The notes under the pieces: model-generated
What the model was told of the DNA's origin: nothing
Seen by the model: only the letters and a program-made list of their open reading frames with translations
The model's database searches: none
From: Spirochaetia bacterium
Lineage (GTDB): Bacteria; Spirochaetota; Spirochaetia; SP-2023
DNA: 64,000 bases
Direction of reading: 5' to 3'
Assembly: GCA_965225855.1 (NCBI GenBank)
Contig: CBDDCK010000005.1
Coordinates: 704,001 to 768,000 of the forward strand
Position numbers and translations under genes: made by a program
In this document: piece by piece, positions 19,433 through 29,533 of the stretch
Position numbering within the stretch: the first letter of the stretch is position 1
Layout: each line of letters opens with the position of its first letter

Positions 19433-20722
19433 TTAGCGTATATTCAAAATGGCATCTTGTTTTGCTCGCAGTTGTACAATACAAGATGTTAATTGCAGCT
19501 CTACATCTTCATAAGTGATTGGCTGGTTTATGTCGATAGGTTTTTGTACAGTGGCCATACTAGCAAGGCCTAGAGGCAATAGCCCAGAACTATTTTTACA
19601 AGTATCAATCGAGCCATAGTAATTATATCCTCCGATCTCTCCAAGCTTTGTTCCCTGTTTTAAATTACGTTTTGCTAAAGTTAAGGCTTCATTGATGGGT
19701 GCTTGTTCGCTTGCTAAGCTTGTTTGGCCGTGTAAAACGCAGCGTAAAATACTGATAGGTGTTTCCAAACTGACTAAATGGTAGGGCCGATATAAAGCAT
19801 AATAGGGCCCATCTCCTAGTGCTAGATATTGAAAATCTAACAACAATTTGGGGTGGTCTACCTTAATAACAATAAAAATGCCGGGGGCAATACCGTAGGC
19901 ATAGTCTAAAATCTTTTCTTGCTTGAGAACCCCTCCATACTCTGTAGGGCAGTATACTTTAGCAATTGTTTGGGCAGTTACTTCATGGCCTTCCATGCCG
20001 CGTTGTGCTGGTGTGTAACCGATGGCATTGCCCAAGCTACACATTTCTACCATAGTTTTCGAGCCATCGACAAAGGAAGTGAGCATAGTTGGGTTCATGC
20101 GGAATCGCTTAGCTTTTGCCTGTATAGATAGGTCTTCGGCAGTCGCATGGCAAAATACACGGTTATTTTTGCCTTTACCAGCGCATATTACTTCAAAGCC
20201 TAGCGTTTGGGCAAAATCGTAGAGCTCCATAATAGAGCCAGGTTCATCGCCACTGGAAAGGGTATATACAACCCCAGCTTCTTGTGCTTTTTGCCGCAAA
20301 ATATAACCCACCGTTGCATCGGTTTCGACATTCATCTGCACAATGTGTTTGCGATTCTCAATCGCAAGCAAAGCCGTTTTCGCCCCTATTTCAGGAATAC
20401 CTGTTGCTTCGACAATAACATCCAGTTGCCCTATTGTACAAAGGGCTTCTAAGCTGGAGATAATGGCGCGCTTCCCTTCCGCTATTGCTTGGCTTGCTGT
20501 GGTATCATTATAGCAGCATTTTAACTGGGCGGTGTTGATACCGGCTGATTCAAATGCAGCCACACAAGAACTAAGGCGTTTGGAAAAGACGGCTGAAATT
20601 TTTAAGCAACCAATACGCTCACATTGGCAAATAAGACCTTCCCCCATTTGCCCTGTACCCACTAACCCTATCTGGATTGTACGCTCTTGCTTTTGCAGTG
20701 AACGTATGTCTTGTAAAAACAT
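19433..20722 (-). CDS. homoserine-dehydrogenase-like NAD(P)-dependent oxidoreductase with C-terminal SAF domain
   Basis: GLVGTGQMG, VEATG, MNVETD, GDEPG, FVDGSKTMVEM, LYRPYHL. Confidence 0.88.
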   Translation of the reverse strand: MFLQDIRSLQKQERTIQIGLVGTGQMGEGLICQCERIGCLKISAVFSKRLSSCVAAFESAGINTAQLKCCYNDTTASQAIAEGKRAIISSLEALCTIGQLDVIVEATGIPEIGAKTALLAIENRKHIVQMNVETDATVGYILRQKAQEAGVVYTLSSGDEPGSIMELYDFAQTLGFEVICAGKGKNNRVFCHATAEDLSIQAKAKRFRMNPTMLTSFVDGSKTMVEMCSLGNAIGYTPAQRGMEGHEVTAQTIAKVYCPTEYGGVLKQEKILDYAYGIAPGIFIVIKVDHPKLLLDFQYLALGDGPYYALYRPYHLVSLETPISILRCVLHGQTSLASEQAPINEALTLAKRNLKQGTKLGEIGGYNYYGSIDTCKNSSGLLPLGLASMATVQKPIDINQPITYEDVELQLTSCIVQLRAKQDAILNIR

Positions 20723-20841
20723 ATAAGCCTTATTGTAAGAGTCAATTCAGAATTAGAACCAGAGTATATTAGAAAGCTTGAATATTCAGCAATAGATAGC
20801 AAGCATAAAAATTTTTAGGTCATAAGCAAAAAGCACAGTAT

Positions 20842-21147
20842 TTAGCTGAACAAAATACAGTAGGTACCTATATTTTTCCATATCGTTGGGAATAGTGTTT
20901 GGTCATCGTACCAAGTCCCCTGTAGATTGGTTCCCTTCAAGTCAGCTTCTCCTAAATTAGTTCCCAACGAAGTGGGCACCTTTTCAGTTTGCTTCCCGTA
21001 GGTTGGCCCATTTAAAGTAGGCTTTCTCTAAATTTATTGCCATTACATTAACCTTCTTGTATTCTGGTTAAATCGTGTTGTAAGAACTGAACTAAGTTTA
21101 CATGATCGTTGTCGGTAAATACCTTTTGCAAATTCTATCAGCATCAT
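20842..21147 (-). pseudogene. pentapeptide-repeat protein pseudogene
   Basis: Minus strand: INLEKAYFKWANLREAN*KGAHF, frameshift, TNLGEADLKGTNLQGTWYDDQTLFP; GAGGAG RBS before ATG 21147. Confidence 0.7.
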
Positions 21148-21280
21148 CTACTCCTCTTTTTAATTTTTATGGGTAAACATAGGGCCAGAATATAGCATAG
21201 CCCCTATGTAAAGTAAAGTTTATTTTATCGTGTTATTTATATTGGATATATTTCTTTACTGTCCAATCTTTTCATCAAGC

Positions 21281-22279
21281 CTATGAATATGTTGTTTTTT
21301 GTAGCAATTGTCGTAGCCGTTTACCTTCGGAGTTGAGCTGTAAACCATCGTATTGATTATCGAATAAAATAGGCGGTATAAGCAATGGTGCCCAAGGGTT
21401 GGGCGGCAGCAAAAAGCCTTTTTCTAAACCTGCTTGCCACAGTCGGCTATATGCTGTATAGCTGGTTTGAGTTGTTTGCCAATACAAATAGATACCATCT
21501 AATTGCCACCTACCTTGCCATGCTCTTTGTAAAAGACTTGGCTGTGTTTCTGGAGAATTAGAGCAGGCTAGAAAGCCAATCAGCTTAGAACCTAATTCGA
21601 CAAGACGGATTCGCTCTTGGCTTTGCTGCAGTAGGCTTTCGGTTTGGCCCAATGCCAGAATAAGGGTTTCTAACTGTAAGGGGCTACATACATCGGAAGA
21701 GGGTAGGTCAGGGCCAGTAAAATGCAGCACTAAATACGGTAAAGGTAGGCTCGATAGGGCGGGGATCATTAAGCTATAGCTGGTTTGCCGTTTTTGACCT
21801 TCTTGCGATAACGGCCGCCATAGGGAAAGATTGCCACTCTTACGGCAGCGCAATAGCTCTGGCATGGAAAACTGGAGCGGGCTCATTGTTTGGTTGTTTA
21901 CACCGAGGATATCTAAACTATGGTATAAGCCAAAGCCTTTTATGGCAGGGAATAATCGCTTCAGCAGCCTGTTGAGCCTTCCTGCTTTGCTGCTGGGCAA
22001 GGCAGCGTATAAAGAGCGTGCCATAGTGTTTTTTAGCCGATTGCCAACCCCTGCTGGGCGGTAGCCGTTTAGGGCTTGGCCCGCATCTAAATACAGGTCG
22101 CAGAGTCGAGAAATCTGGCCTTTCTTCCGAGGTGCGGTGTGGACGCTAGCTAGGCGGTCAAAATATAAGTAGTAGCCACGGGCGCGTCTGAGCCGTGCTT
22201 GTGCCAATTGCTTGCGGCAATGTTCTAGGTGGCTTGTCCATTCTCTGTGATAGACAGCCCAATATTGGGAAGAAAGCAT
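21281..22279 (-). CDS. hypothetical protein, N-terminus resembling a degenerate class-III aminotransferase
   Basis: RRARGYYLY...DLYLDAGQALNGY; PLP-binding motifs not recognisable; follows dapA. Confidence 0.55.
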   Translation of the reverse strand: MLSSQYWAVYHREWTSHLEHCRKQLAQARLRRARGYYLYFDRLASVHTAPRKKGQISRLCDLYLDAGQALNGYRPAGVGNRLKNTMARSLYAALPSSKAGRLNRLLKRLFPAIKGFGLYHSLDILGVNNQTMSPLQFSMPELLRCRKSGNLSLWRPLSQEGQKRQTSYSLMIPALSSLPLPYLVLHFTGPDLPSSDVCSPLQLETLILALGQTESLLQQSQERIRLVELGSKLIGFLACSNSPETQPSLLQRAWQGRWQLDGIYLYWQTTQTSYTAYSRLWQAGLEKGFLLPPNPWAPLLIPPILFDNQYDGLQLNSEGKRLRQLLQKTTYS

Positions 22280-22293
22280 TGAATCATTACTGC

Positions 22294-23235
22294 CTAGTTT
22301 TTATTTATGCTTTGCTTCGCAATTGGGGCTTCACAATTACGCAGGGTCTTTAACAGCAAGTCCTGCTCGGGCTTAGCTAGTGGCCACATGGGGGGCCTTA
22401 CGTGTTGGCCAATTTGGTTTTCCAAGTACAGCAAGGTTTTTACTGCCAAAGGGTTGTTGCCTATGCTTAGCAAAGCGCGCATTAAATCCAGCCACTGGAA
22501 ATGTAGGGGCACTGCTGTTGCAATGTCCTTGCGCGCCAAGGCATTCACAAGCTCTCGCATGGCCTTGGGGCGTAAATTGCTTAGTACTGAAACCGCACCA
22601 TCGCCACCCAATAGCATGAGGTGGAAGGCTAAAGCATCATCGCCACTAAGTACGGCAAAATCGCTAGGCGTCTGGCGGATTACATCGCTAATCTGGTCTA
22701 AATCGCTGCTGGCTTCTTTTACCCCTTGGATGTTGGGGCAGGCTTCGATTAAACGCAGTAAGGTTACTGTCTCTAAGTTTACCCCGGTGCGGCCTTTAAT
22801 ATTGTAGAGTAGTATGGGGCGTTGGGTGGTCCCTGCCAAACGGCTAAAGTGGTGGAATAAGCCTTCTTGCGTGGGTTTATTGTAGTAGGGGTTTACAATC
22901 ATCATTGCATCTACGTCCAAGCGGTCGCACATGCGGGTTTCTTGTTCGGCAAAAGCCGTGTCGTTGCTGCCTGTTCCGATAATTACTTGGCACTGGGTAC
23001 CTCGGGTTTGCTCTCGCACGAAAGATACTAGGCTCTCCATTTCCTTATCATAAATCACTGGGCTTTCGCCCGTGGTGCCCATCACCACTAGGCCATCTAC
23101 TTTAGCTTCTAGCTGCTGGGCTAGCAAGCATTCTAAAGCATTATAGTCAATTTGGTTGTCATCGGTAAAAGGGGTTACCAAGGCGGTGTACAAGCCTTGA
23201 TAAAACTTTGTTTGTTTGGTTTGTGTTGTATTCAT
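22294..23235 (-). CDS. dapA: 4-hydroxy-tetrahydrodipicolinate synthase
   Basis: TALVTPF, GTTGES, PYYNKP, LYNI.GRTG, GVKEAS, SGDD; GGAGG RBS. Confidence 0.95.
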   Translation of the reverse strand: MNTTQTKQTKFYQGLYTALVTPFTDDNQIDYNALECLLAQQLEAKVDGLVVMGTTGESPVIYDKEMESLVSFVREQTRGTQCQVIIGTGSNDTAFAEQETRMCDRLDVDAMMIVNPYYNKPTQEGLFHHFSRLAGTTQRPILLYNIKGRTGVNLETVTLLRLIEACPNIQGVKEASSDLDQISDVIRQTPSDFAVLSGDDALAFHLMLLGGDGAVSVLSNLRPKAMRELVNALARKDIATAVPLHFQWLDLMRALLSIGNNPLAVKTLLYLENQIGQHVRPPMWPLAKPEQDLLLKTLRNCEAPIAKQSINKN

Positions 23236-23643
23236 CAAGATACCTCCAGAGTGGCTATAGCCCTAATTTGCCAAAAAACCATGCATTGATAGTAGGCTGC
23301 CAGTATAAACAGATTATGTGCTTCGTCTAGTGGGGGAGTCGTTTCACAAAATCTCTATGTTATATTATAACTTTTCTGCTTGCTTTATATTACCCTTTAG
23401 GCATAATGCAGCCAGCCTTTTTTAAGTGTATTATCATTGCCTTAGTGCCAACCATTTTGCAGCTGCTTGATAAGGCTGTTGGGATAGCTGTTGCTATGGG
23501 TCTTATTGTGGTTCCATTTACTTTGTTCTAAAAGCAAGTGTTTCTTTTGAGCACCTTTCCCGGTTTTGTTATAGACTAAGGACTTAATTCAATTTATAGT
23601 AGGCGTACTACAACAATCAGCACAAGTTTAGAAAGGACATAAC

Positions 23644-24597
23644 TTGCTGGAAATCTTTATTATTGGCTGTGGTGGTAGCTTACCACTGCCACACCGCCAT
23701 TTATCTTCCATTATGGTGCGACGCAACGGCCAGTGCTTTTTGTTTGACTGTGGCGAGGGCACCCAAGTTTCGCTCAAAAAGCAGGGCCTGCGTTGGAAAA
23801 ACATTTCTCACATGTTTATCTCCCATATCCATGCCGACCATGTTACTGGCATTCCTGGCTTACTGATGCTCTCTTCCCAAGTGCAGCGTGTAGAGCCTCT
23901 TTACATTATGGCCCCCAAAGGGGTCTGTAATTTTGTTACCAGCATTTGTAAGAGCCTCAAAATTTATATCAATTACCCCTTTCAGTTAGAACCTATTCTC
24001 TACCGACAAGGGCTTCAATGCCTGTATGAAGATGAAGAGCTACAAATATCTTGCTTTCCTTTAGTCCATACCCAACCAACGGTTGGCTTTTTAGTGGAAG
24101 AAAAGCAACGCCCGGGCGTGTTTTCGCCCGAAGCAGCTAAAGCTTTGGAGGTGGCTTGCGGCCCATTGTGGGGTTCCTTACAGCGAGGCAAACCTGTTAC
24201 TAACCAACGTGGCGAGCAGGTAATGCCCGAACAAGTGTTGGGCGACCCTCGGCCGGGTGTGCGCTTGGCTTTTATGACTGATACACTCTACCATCAAAGT
24301 GTAAGCCAATATATCCGAGGAGTGGACTTATTGATATGTGAGGGTATGTTTGAACAAGTACTTAGTGAAAATGCCCACCAGAAAAAACACTTAACCGCCC
24401 AACAGGCTGCTTGGATTGCCAAAGATGCCAGAGCCAAACAATTGGCTCTAACACACTTTAGCCCACGCTATTTAAATCGCGAGCTCAAGGTGTTACTACA
24501 GGAAGCACAACAAGTCTTCCCCAATACGATCTTGTGCCAAGACGGTTTGAGTTTGGAGCTACAAGGCTCAGCTGATACTAGCGCGCTACCTAAATAA
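23644..24597 (+). CDS. rnz: ribonuclease Z
   Basis: FDCGEGTQ, SHIHADH, TDT, HLTA, THFSPRY. Confidence 0.93.
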   Translation: MLEIFIIGCGGSLPLPHRHLSSIMVRRNGQCFLFDCGEGTQVSLKKQGLRWKNISHMFISHIHADHVTGIPGLLMLSSQVQRVEPLYIMAPKGVCNFVTSICKSLKIYINYPFQLEPILYRQGLQCLYEDEELQISCFPLVHTQPTVGFLVEEKQRPGVFSPEAAKALEVACGPLWGSLQRGKPVTNQRGEQVMPEQVLGDPRPGVRLAFMTDTLYHQSVSQYIRGVDLLICEGMFEQVLSENAHQKKHLTAQQAAWIAKDARAKQLALTHFSPRYLNRELKVLLQEAQQVFPNTILCQDGLSLELQGSADTSALPK

Positions 24598-24625
24598 ATT
24601 CCACGTTAAAAGGTAAATATATTTT

Positions 24626-24770
24626 AAGCTAAGAAAGTAAACATTTACTAGCTTTAAAAGAATATCTTTCAATCTAGGAAATCAACACTTATTAGCTTGG
24701 GAAGTGAATACTTCCTAGCTTGGGAAGTGAAAAACTACTAGGTCGGTATTAGATAAACTACTAGAGCTAA
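24626..24770. repeat. degenerate 22-23-bp-period array between convergent genes
   Basis: Units at 24693, 24716, 24739, 24762 (TAGCTTGGGAAGTGAATACTTCC / TAGCTTGGGAAGTGAAAAACTAC / TAGGTCGGTATTAGATAAACTAC); weaker units at 24626, 24649, 24671. Confidence 0.7.
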
Positions 24771-24777
24771 AGAAAAA

Positions 24778-26151
24778 TCAATCTTGAGCTATTTTATCTT
24801 CATAAATGCTTTGGAACAGTTTTAAATTGCGTTCTGCGGTGTAATGGCTTTCAAAACTAGCTCTAGCCGCATGGCACATTTGCTGGTATTGTTCTGTAGT
24901 CATGCAAGTGGCGTCTTGAATGGCTGTGCTTAGGTATTGGGCAAGAGTTTGGTGCGAATGGGTTTGGGTCAAGTCTAGCTCATGTTCTGCGTGCAAGTTG
25001 CTAAAGAATGGTAGGAGTATGCCGTTGACGTTGTTCGTCAGCATTTCAGCACAAGCCCCTAAACGGAAGCTAATTACTGGCCTGCCTATGGCCAAACTCT
25101 CCACCAGTACCATAGGCATACCTTCATACCAAATAGATGGAAATACTAAGAAATGGCTTCCCTTTATAGCTTTATACATCTGCTCATAATCCAAATAGCC
25201 TAAATGCTGTATGCATAGTTTCAGCATAGGGGGCTTGTGTCTCTGCTCTTGTTCAAAGGCTGTAATCAAGCCTTTTAGCTCTTGTTCCAGCGGGCCTGAA
25301 CCTGCGATACCTATTTCTATGCGCCGTTTGCTAGCTAATCCTATAGGGTAAGTAGCTTGTTGCAAATTTTGTATGGCAGCTAATAAAATCCGTAAGCCCT
25401 TTTCCTCACTCAAACGTCCTATAAACATTAGACGCAAGCTGTCAGTCAAGCTTTGAGGCGGGCTAAATGCCCAATGGTCAAAGAGAAAGTTGGGTTTATA
25501 GACAAACTTTTCTGCAGGGAAGCCCACTTGGGTTAGTAGCTTCTTGTGTGTTGTGTTTAAATAGACAAATTTGTCTATATTCTTGTGCCAAGTACCTAAC
25601 TTTTTATGTAGCATAAGCATCAATACAGTTGCCACTGTCATAGCTAAGCTGCCTTGGTAACAGCGCGATCGTATGGCGGGCCAGAAGTGACCTACAGAAA
25701 AGCAACGCTGGCACAATGTAGCAACACGGCTTGTATGATTGCGGCCGTTTGGCCGCATTAAACACGCTTGAGGGCAATGCAAGCGGAAGTTATGTATGGT
25801 CATCACAATACGAAAGCCTTTATGGCAACTTTTCCAGCGGCCCAGAGTAATAAATACCGCTGGTGAAAACAATAAAAAGGTATTGTGGACATGTACTATA
25901 TCGGGCCCATGTTGTTGCAAGAATAGCTGCAGTTCTCTACAAAAGCTGCGGTTCCACACCATCTTTAAGAATTGCCGAAAGCGATTGAGTGATAGAAGTT
26001 CGGCATTGGAGCCAATAAACGATAGTACTTCATAATGCCTTGCGAGCAGCGTTTTCTCCTCTGCTACAACTTTGTCTTCACCGCCTTTTTGTAGGTATTC
26101 ACAATGCAGTAGCAAAACTTTCTTTTTAGCCTGAATCAAGTTTGTATCCAC
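24778..26151 (-). CDS. glycosyltransferase family 4
   Basis: GGED, VHVHNTF, TIHNFRL.CP, FIGRLSEEKG, PSIWYEGMPMVLVES. Confidence 0.9.
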   Translation of the reverse strand: MDTNLIQAKKKVLLLHCEYLQKGGEDKVVAEEKTLLARHYEVLSFIGSNAELLSLNRFRQFLKMVWNRSFCRELQLFLQQHGPDIVHVHNTFLLFSPAVFITLGRWKSCHKGFRIVMTIHNFRLHCPQACLMRPNGRNHTSRVATLCQRCFSVGHFWPAIRSRCYQGSLAMTVATVLMLMLHKKLGTWHKNIDKFVYLNTTHKKLLTQVGFPAEKFVYKPNFLFDHWAFSPPQSLTDSLRLMFIGRLSEEKGLRILLAAIQNLQQATYPIGLASKRRIEIGIAGSGPLEQELKGLITAFEQEQRHKPPMLKLCIQHLGYLDYEQMYKAIKGSHFLVFPSIWYEGMPMVLVESLAIGRPVISFRLGACAEMLTNNVNGILLPFFSNLHAEHELDLTQTHSHQTLAQYLSTAIQDATCMTTEQYQQMCHAARASFESHYTAERNLKLFQSIYEDKIAQD

Positions 26152-26226
26152 CTTTGTCTGTAAGTACTGTATTCCAACATTTTTTGAATATTATATTGGT
26201 TATAGACAGTGGCATTAGCCCATTTC

Positions 26227-26255
26227 TGGACGAAAATTATTGTTCTTGTTATAAT
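26227..26255 (+). promoter_or_regulatory. sigma70 promoter with extended -10, near-leaderless
   Basis: TGGACG-17 bp-TATAAT with TG extension; ATG 8 nt downstream. Confidence 0.55.
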
Positions 26256-26263
26256 CCTTTAGT

Positions 26264-27328
26264 ATGCTAAGACAATGTTATACCGATGAAGTTGATAATG
26301 TTCATATCTTGCGAAGCAAGAGGTTAAAGCCTCCTAGTGAATATAGGCTTGAGGCTCCGGCCGATCCTAAATTGCTAGACCATGTTGTTCGCAGCCGCAA
26401 AACTATTGTTCGTTTGCTCAATCGTGTGGATGAACGCTTAATGTTTATCGTTGGGCCTTGTTCCATTCATGATTATGATTTGGCAATGGACTACGCCCAG
26501 AGGTTAAAGACATTATCTGATGAAGTGGCTGAATATATTTTCATTGTGATGCGGGTCTACTTTGAGAAGCCCCGCACGATTAAAGGTTGGCGAGGTTTGA
26601 TTATAGACCCGCATTTAGATGGCTCGAATAATATGGAAGATGGTCTGCTTCTAGCACGCAAGATTCTTTTGGATATTAATCGAATGGGCCTGCCTGCGGC
26701 TACAGAAGTATTAGATCCAATTGTACCACAGTTTATCAGTGATTTGATTTCTTGGGCGGCCATTGGTGCACGCACCACGGAATCACAAGTGCACCGAGAA
26801 TTGACCAGTGGCTTATCTATGCCAGTTGGTTTTAAAAATACTACAGATGGTTCTTTTGTCAATTCCCTCAACGGCATAGAGGCTGCATTGTCTGGCCATA
26901 CTTTTTTGGGCCTTGATCATGAAGGCAACCTTTGCCTGATGGAAAGTACGGGTAATAAAAATACCCACTTAATTTTGCGTGGTGGCAGCTCTGGTCCGAA
27001 TTATGATTCAGAAATAATTCAGCAAATTACTTTAGATATGGAAAATCGTAATTTACCTAGCTCTATCATTGTCGATTGCAGTCATGCCAATTCCAATAAA
27101 GATTTTTCTAAGCAACCCGATGTGTGCCGCAATGTGGTAGAACAGGTTGTTCAAGGCCAAAAATCCATACGGGGAGTTATGCTGGAAAGTAATATCCACA
27201 ACGGGCGTCAGGATTTTACTTCACAGGATAGTCTAAAATACGGTGTTTCGCTGACTGATGGCTGCATTGATTGGGATTGTACAGAACAATTGATCCGAGA
27301 TGTTTTCGATATACTTTCTAACCAGTGA
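26264..27328 (+). CDS. aroG: DAHP synthase class I-alpha (AroF/G/H type; feedback type unresolved)
   Basis: GPCSIHD, MRVYFEKPRT, AIGARTTESQVHRE, DCSHANS, YGVSLTDGC. Confidence 0.93.
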   Translation: MLRQCYTDEVDNVHILRSKRLKPPSEYRLEAPADPKLLDHVVRSRKTIVRLLNRVDERLMFIVGPCSIHDYDLAMDYAQRLKTLSDEVAEYIFIVMRVYFEKPRTIKGWRGLIIDPHLDGSNNMEDGLLLARKILLDINRMGLPAATEVLDPIVPQFISDLISWAAIGARTTESQVHRELTSGLSMPVGFKNTTDGSFVNSLNGIEAALSGHTFLGLDHEGNLCLMESTGNKNTHLILRGGSSGPNYDSEIIQQITLDMENRNLPSSIIVDCSHANSNKDFSKQPDVCRNVVEQVVQGQKSIRGVMLESNIHNGRQDFTSQDSLKYGVSLTDGCIDWDCTEQLIRDVFDILSNQ

Positions 27329-27334
27329 GATTTT

Positions 27335-28825
27335 TTACAACTTATCTGAATTCTTTTGTTTAAAAGGTGCTACTATATATTCATAGGGTGCCTTTATTCG
27401 GCTCAGATGAATATATTCGTTTTGATATTTGTTTTCCAAGTAACCGTTGTCGCGCTCTACCCCAGTATCCATAACAACCAACTTAAAGATGCCGTTTTGG
27501 TCAAAATAGGGAAATAGCGCAACTTCGTGGTAGTATTGGTGCAAAGAAGGTAAGGGCGGCTCACCAAAATCACCATTAATCGCTCCCAAGTAAAAAGTCC
27601 CTGGGTTTTGAATAGCCAGCAAATACATCATTGCATTGAGGTCGGTGATAGGGTAGCCCACATTTTTTAAGTAATTAAAAAAGGGGATTTTTTGTACATC
27701 GCCTGTATAAGGTGCTAAAGGACGCTCCATTTCCAATTCTAATAATTTTTGGGCTATGGCTCTAGCCCAATCCAAGCCAAAATATGGGTCGCGAACAGAT
27801 TCTTTAGCAGAATTCCATGGATTTTCTGCACCCCGAATTTCAATTTGATGCTGTTTTAATACTTCTATATCGAGATACATTTGTTCATCAAGCCATTCTT
27901 TGCGGCTGCGATAAACACCATCGGCAACCCATTTGATAAAACCAGAACAATTAAAACCAGGTTTTTTCAAAGGTTTGCCTGTTTCAATACGCACAAAATT
28001 GCCATTGATATCCATTGCCCCATCATAGACTTCCGAAATGTTGTCTAAATATGGCCGCAACCGGTTGGGGATTTGTTCTACTAATCGCCATTCAAGAAGA
28101 GTGGGATTACTCAATAAATTATCCCACTGTATATACCTATTCGTCATTTCTAAAAATTGGCGAAAAGGCATGGTCAAAATACTATCAAAAGTAATCGAAA
28201 TAGGAGTTCGAGAATAAATTTCGCGGTTAAAAACCACAACCTCAATTTCCGAATAGCCATTATTTGTGGGAAAAATGCGAATAAAATTTTCTGCATTTCC
28301 AATGTTCTCATTTAGGAAAATTTTAATTTGGTCAATACGATTTTTTCGGGTATCGCGGCGAATGGAATAGCTACCACGGCTACTTATAGGATAATCAATC
28401 TTTCCATTATCTTGGTATGTACGATTGAGAAAAACATAATATAATTTATTGGGCTGATCATTTTTCAAGCGTATGGAAAACAACACAGGCATATTCCCAT
28501 CACGCTGATTATAAATATTGGGCGGTATTTTTAACGCTTCTGTGTAGGGGAGATAAAATAATTCTTTTAAGCGGATTCGTACATCCGTATTTTCCCTAAG
28601 ATGGTAATTGCTTTTTTGGGCATTTAAATGGGAATTTTGGTAAAATAATCTATTTGTACGCAATAGCTTATGGTTATTTTCTGTATCTAGAGAATATAGC
28701 CAATTCCCATGAAACAGTAATAGTGAAACGAAGAAAAGCCAAAAAGCCAAAACCATAGGATTATTTTGGCTTTTTGTTTTTTTTACGAGTGATTGCCACG
28801 CCAACATCATAAGTTTATTTTGCAT
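27335..28825 (-). CDS. exported hypothetical protein
   Basis: 496 aa, N-terminal hydrophobic segment, GFNCSGFIKWVADG (possible Cys-peptidase-like motif). Confidence 0.7.
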   Translation of the reverse strand: MQNKLMMLAWQSLVKKTKSQNNPMVLAFWLFFVSLLLFHGNWLYSLDTENNHKLLRTNRLFYQNSHLNAQKSNYHLRENTDVRIRLKELFYLPYTEALKIPPNIYNQRDGNMPVLFSIRLKNDQPNKLYYVFLNRTYQDNGKIDYPISSRGSYSIRRDTRKNRIDQIKIFLNENIGNAENFIRIFPTNNGYSEIEVVVFNREIYSRTPISITFDSILTMPFRQFLEMTNRYIQWDNLLSNPTLLEWRLVEQIPNRLRPYLDNISEVYDGAMDINGNFVRIETGKPLKKPGFNCSGFIKWVADGVYRSRKEWLDEQMYLDIEVLKQHQIEIRGAENPWNSAKESVRDPYFGLDWARAIAQKLLELEMERPLAPYTGDVQKIPFFNYLKNVGYPITDLNAMMYLLAIQNPGTFYLGAINGDFGEPPLPSLHQYYHEVALFPYFDQNGIFKLVVMDTGVERDNGYLENKYQNEYIHLSRIKAPYEYIVAPFKQKNSDKL

Positions 28826-28987
28826 TTTTATTTACATATTTCCTTGCATAAGGATTCATAATTGTACTCTACTGTATTATATGTCTTGTTCAAATTGTGG
28901 CAAGTTGTAATAAAGTAAGTCTTGCAGTTTATTTTCAGGTTACTTGAAAAAATGGAACAAATACAGGGGGACAAAATTACTCTAAAT

Positions 28988-29506
28988 TTATATTTCAAAT
29001 TCAAAAGTTTTTTCTTTTTCCAATAATAGCCGTTTGAGAACCAGCCCACCGCCATAGCCACCCAAACTGCCGTTTGCAGCGATGACTCTGTGGCAGGGGA
29101 TAATCAGGCTGATGGGATTTTTACTATTGGCCATACCAACAGCCCGGCAAGCTTTACGTTGGCCTATGGCTTGGGCTACATCTCGATAGGAACAAGTTTG
29201 GCCATAAGGAATCTGGCGCAGATAATCCCAAACGCGAAGCTGAAATTCACTACCTTTTAGCTCCAATGGCAAATCAAAAAATTTGCGCTGGCCATTCCAG
29301 TATTCTCTTATTTGCTGCTCTGTTTGATCCAGTATGGTTTGATAATCCCCAAAATTCATAGCTGCGGTAAATGTTTGGCCTGGGGTATGGTTTGGGAATC
29401 GTGTTTCCCTGTGCCAAGATATAGCATATAGCTTATCCTCTAATGTTGTTATGTAACAGGATACCCCGGGTTCCAATTGCAATTGTCGTTGTATAAAAAA
29501 TGCCAT
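28988..29506 (-). CDS. ogt: methylated-DNA--protein-cysteine methyltransferase
   Basis: IPYGQT.SY, RAVG.A, IIPCHRVI, GGYGGG. Confidence 0.95.
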   Translation of the reverse strand: MAFFIQRQLQLEPGVSCYITTLEDKLYAISWHRETRFPNHTPGQTFTAAMNFGDYQTILDQTEQQIREYWNGQRKFFDLPLELKGSEFQLRVWDYLRQIPYGQTCSYRDVAQAIGQRKACRAVGMANSKNPISLIIPCHRVIAANGSLGGYGGGLVLKRLLLEKEKTFEFEI

Positions 29507-29533
29507 AGAAAAGTTATAGAAAAGTTTAGGAAT

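Noticed and set aside
23240..23400. Lysine riboswitch upstream of dapA
   Set aside because: No AGAGGNGC start or other conserved L-box motifs on the minus strand
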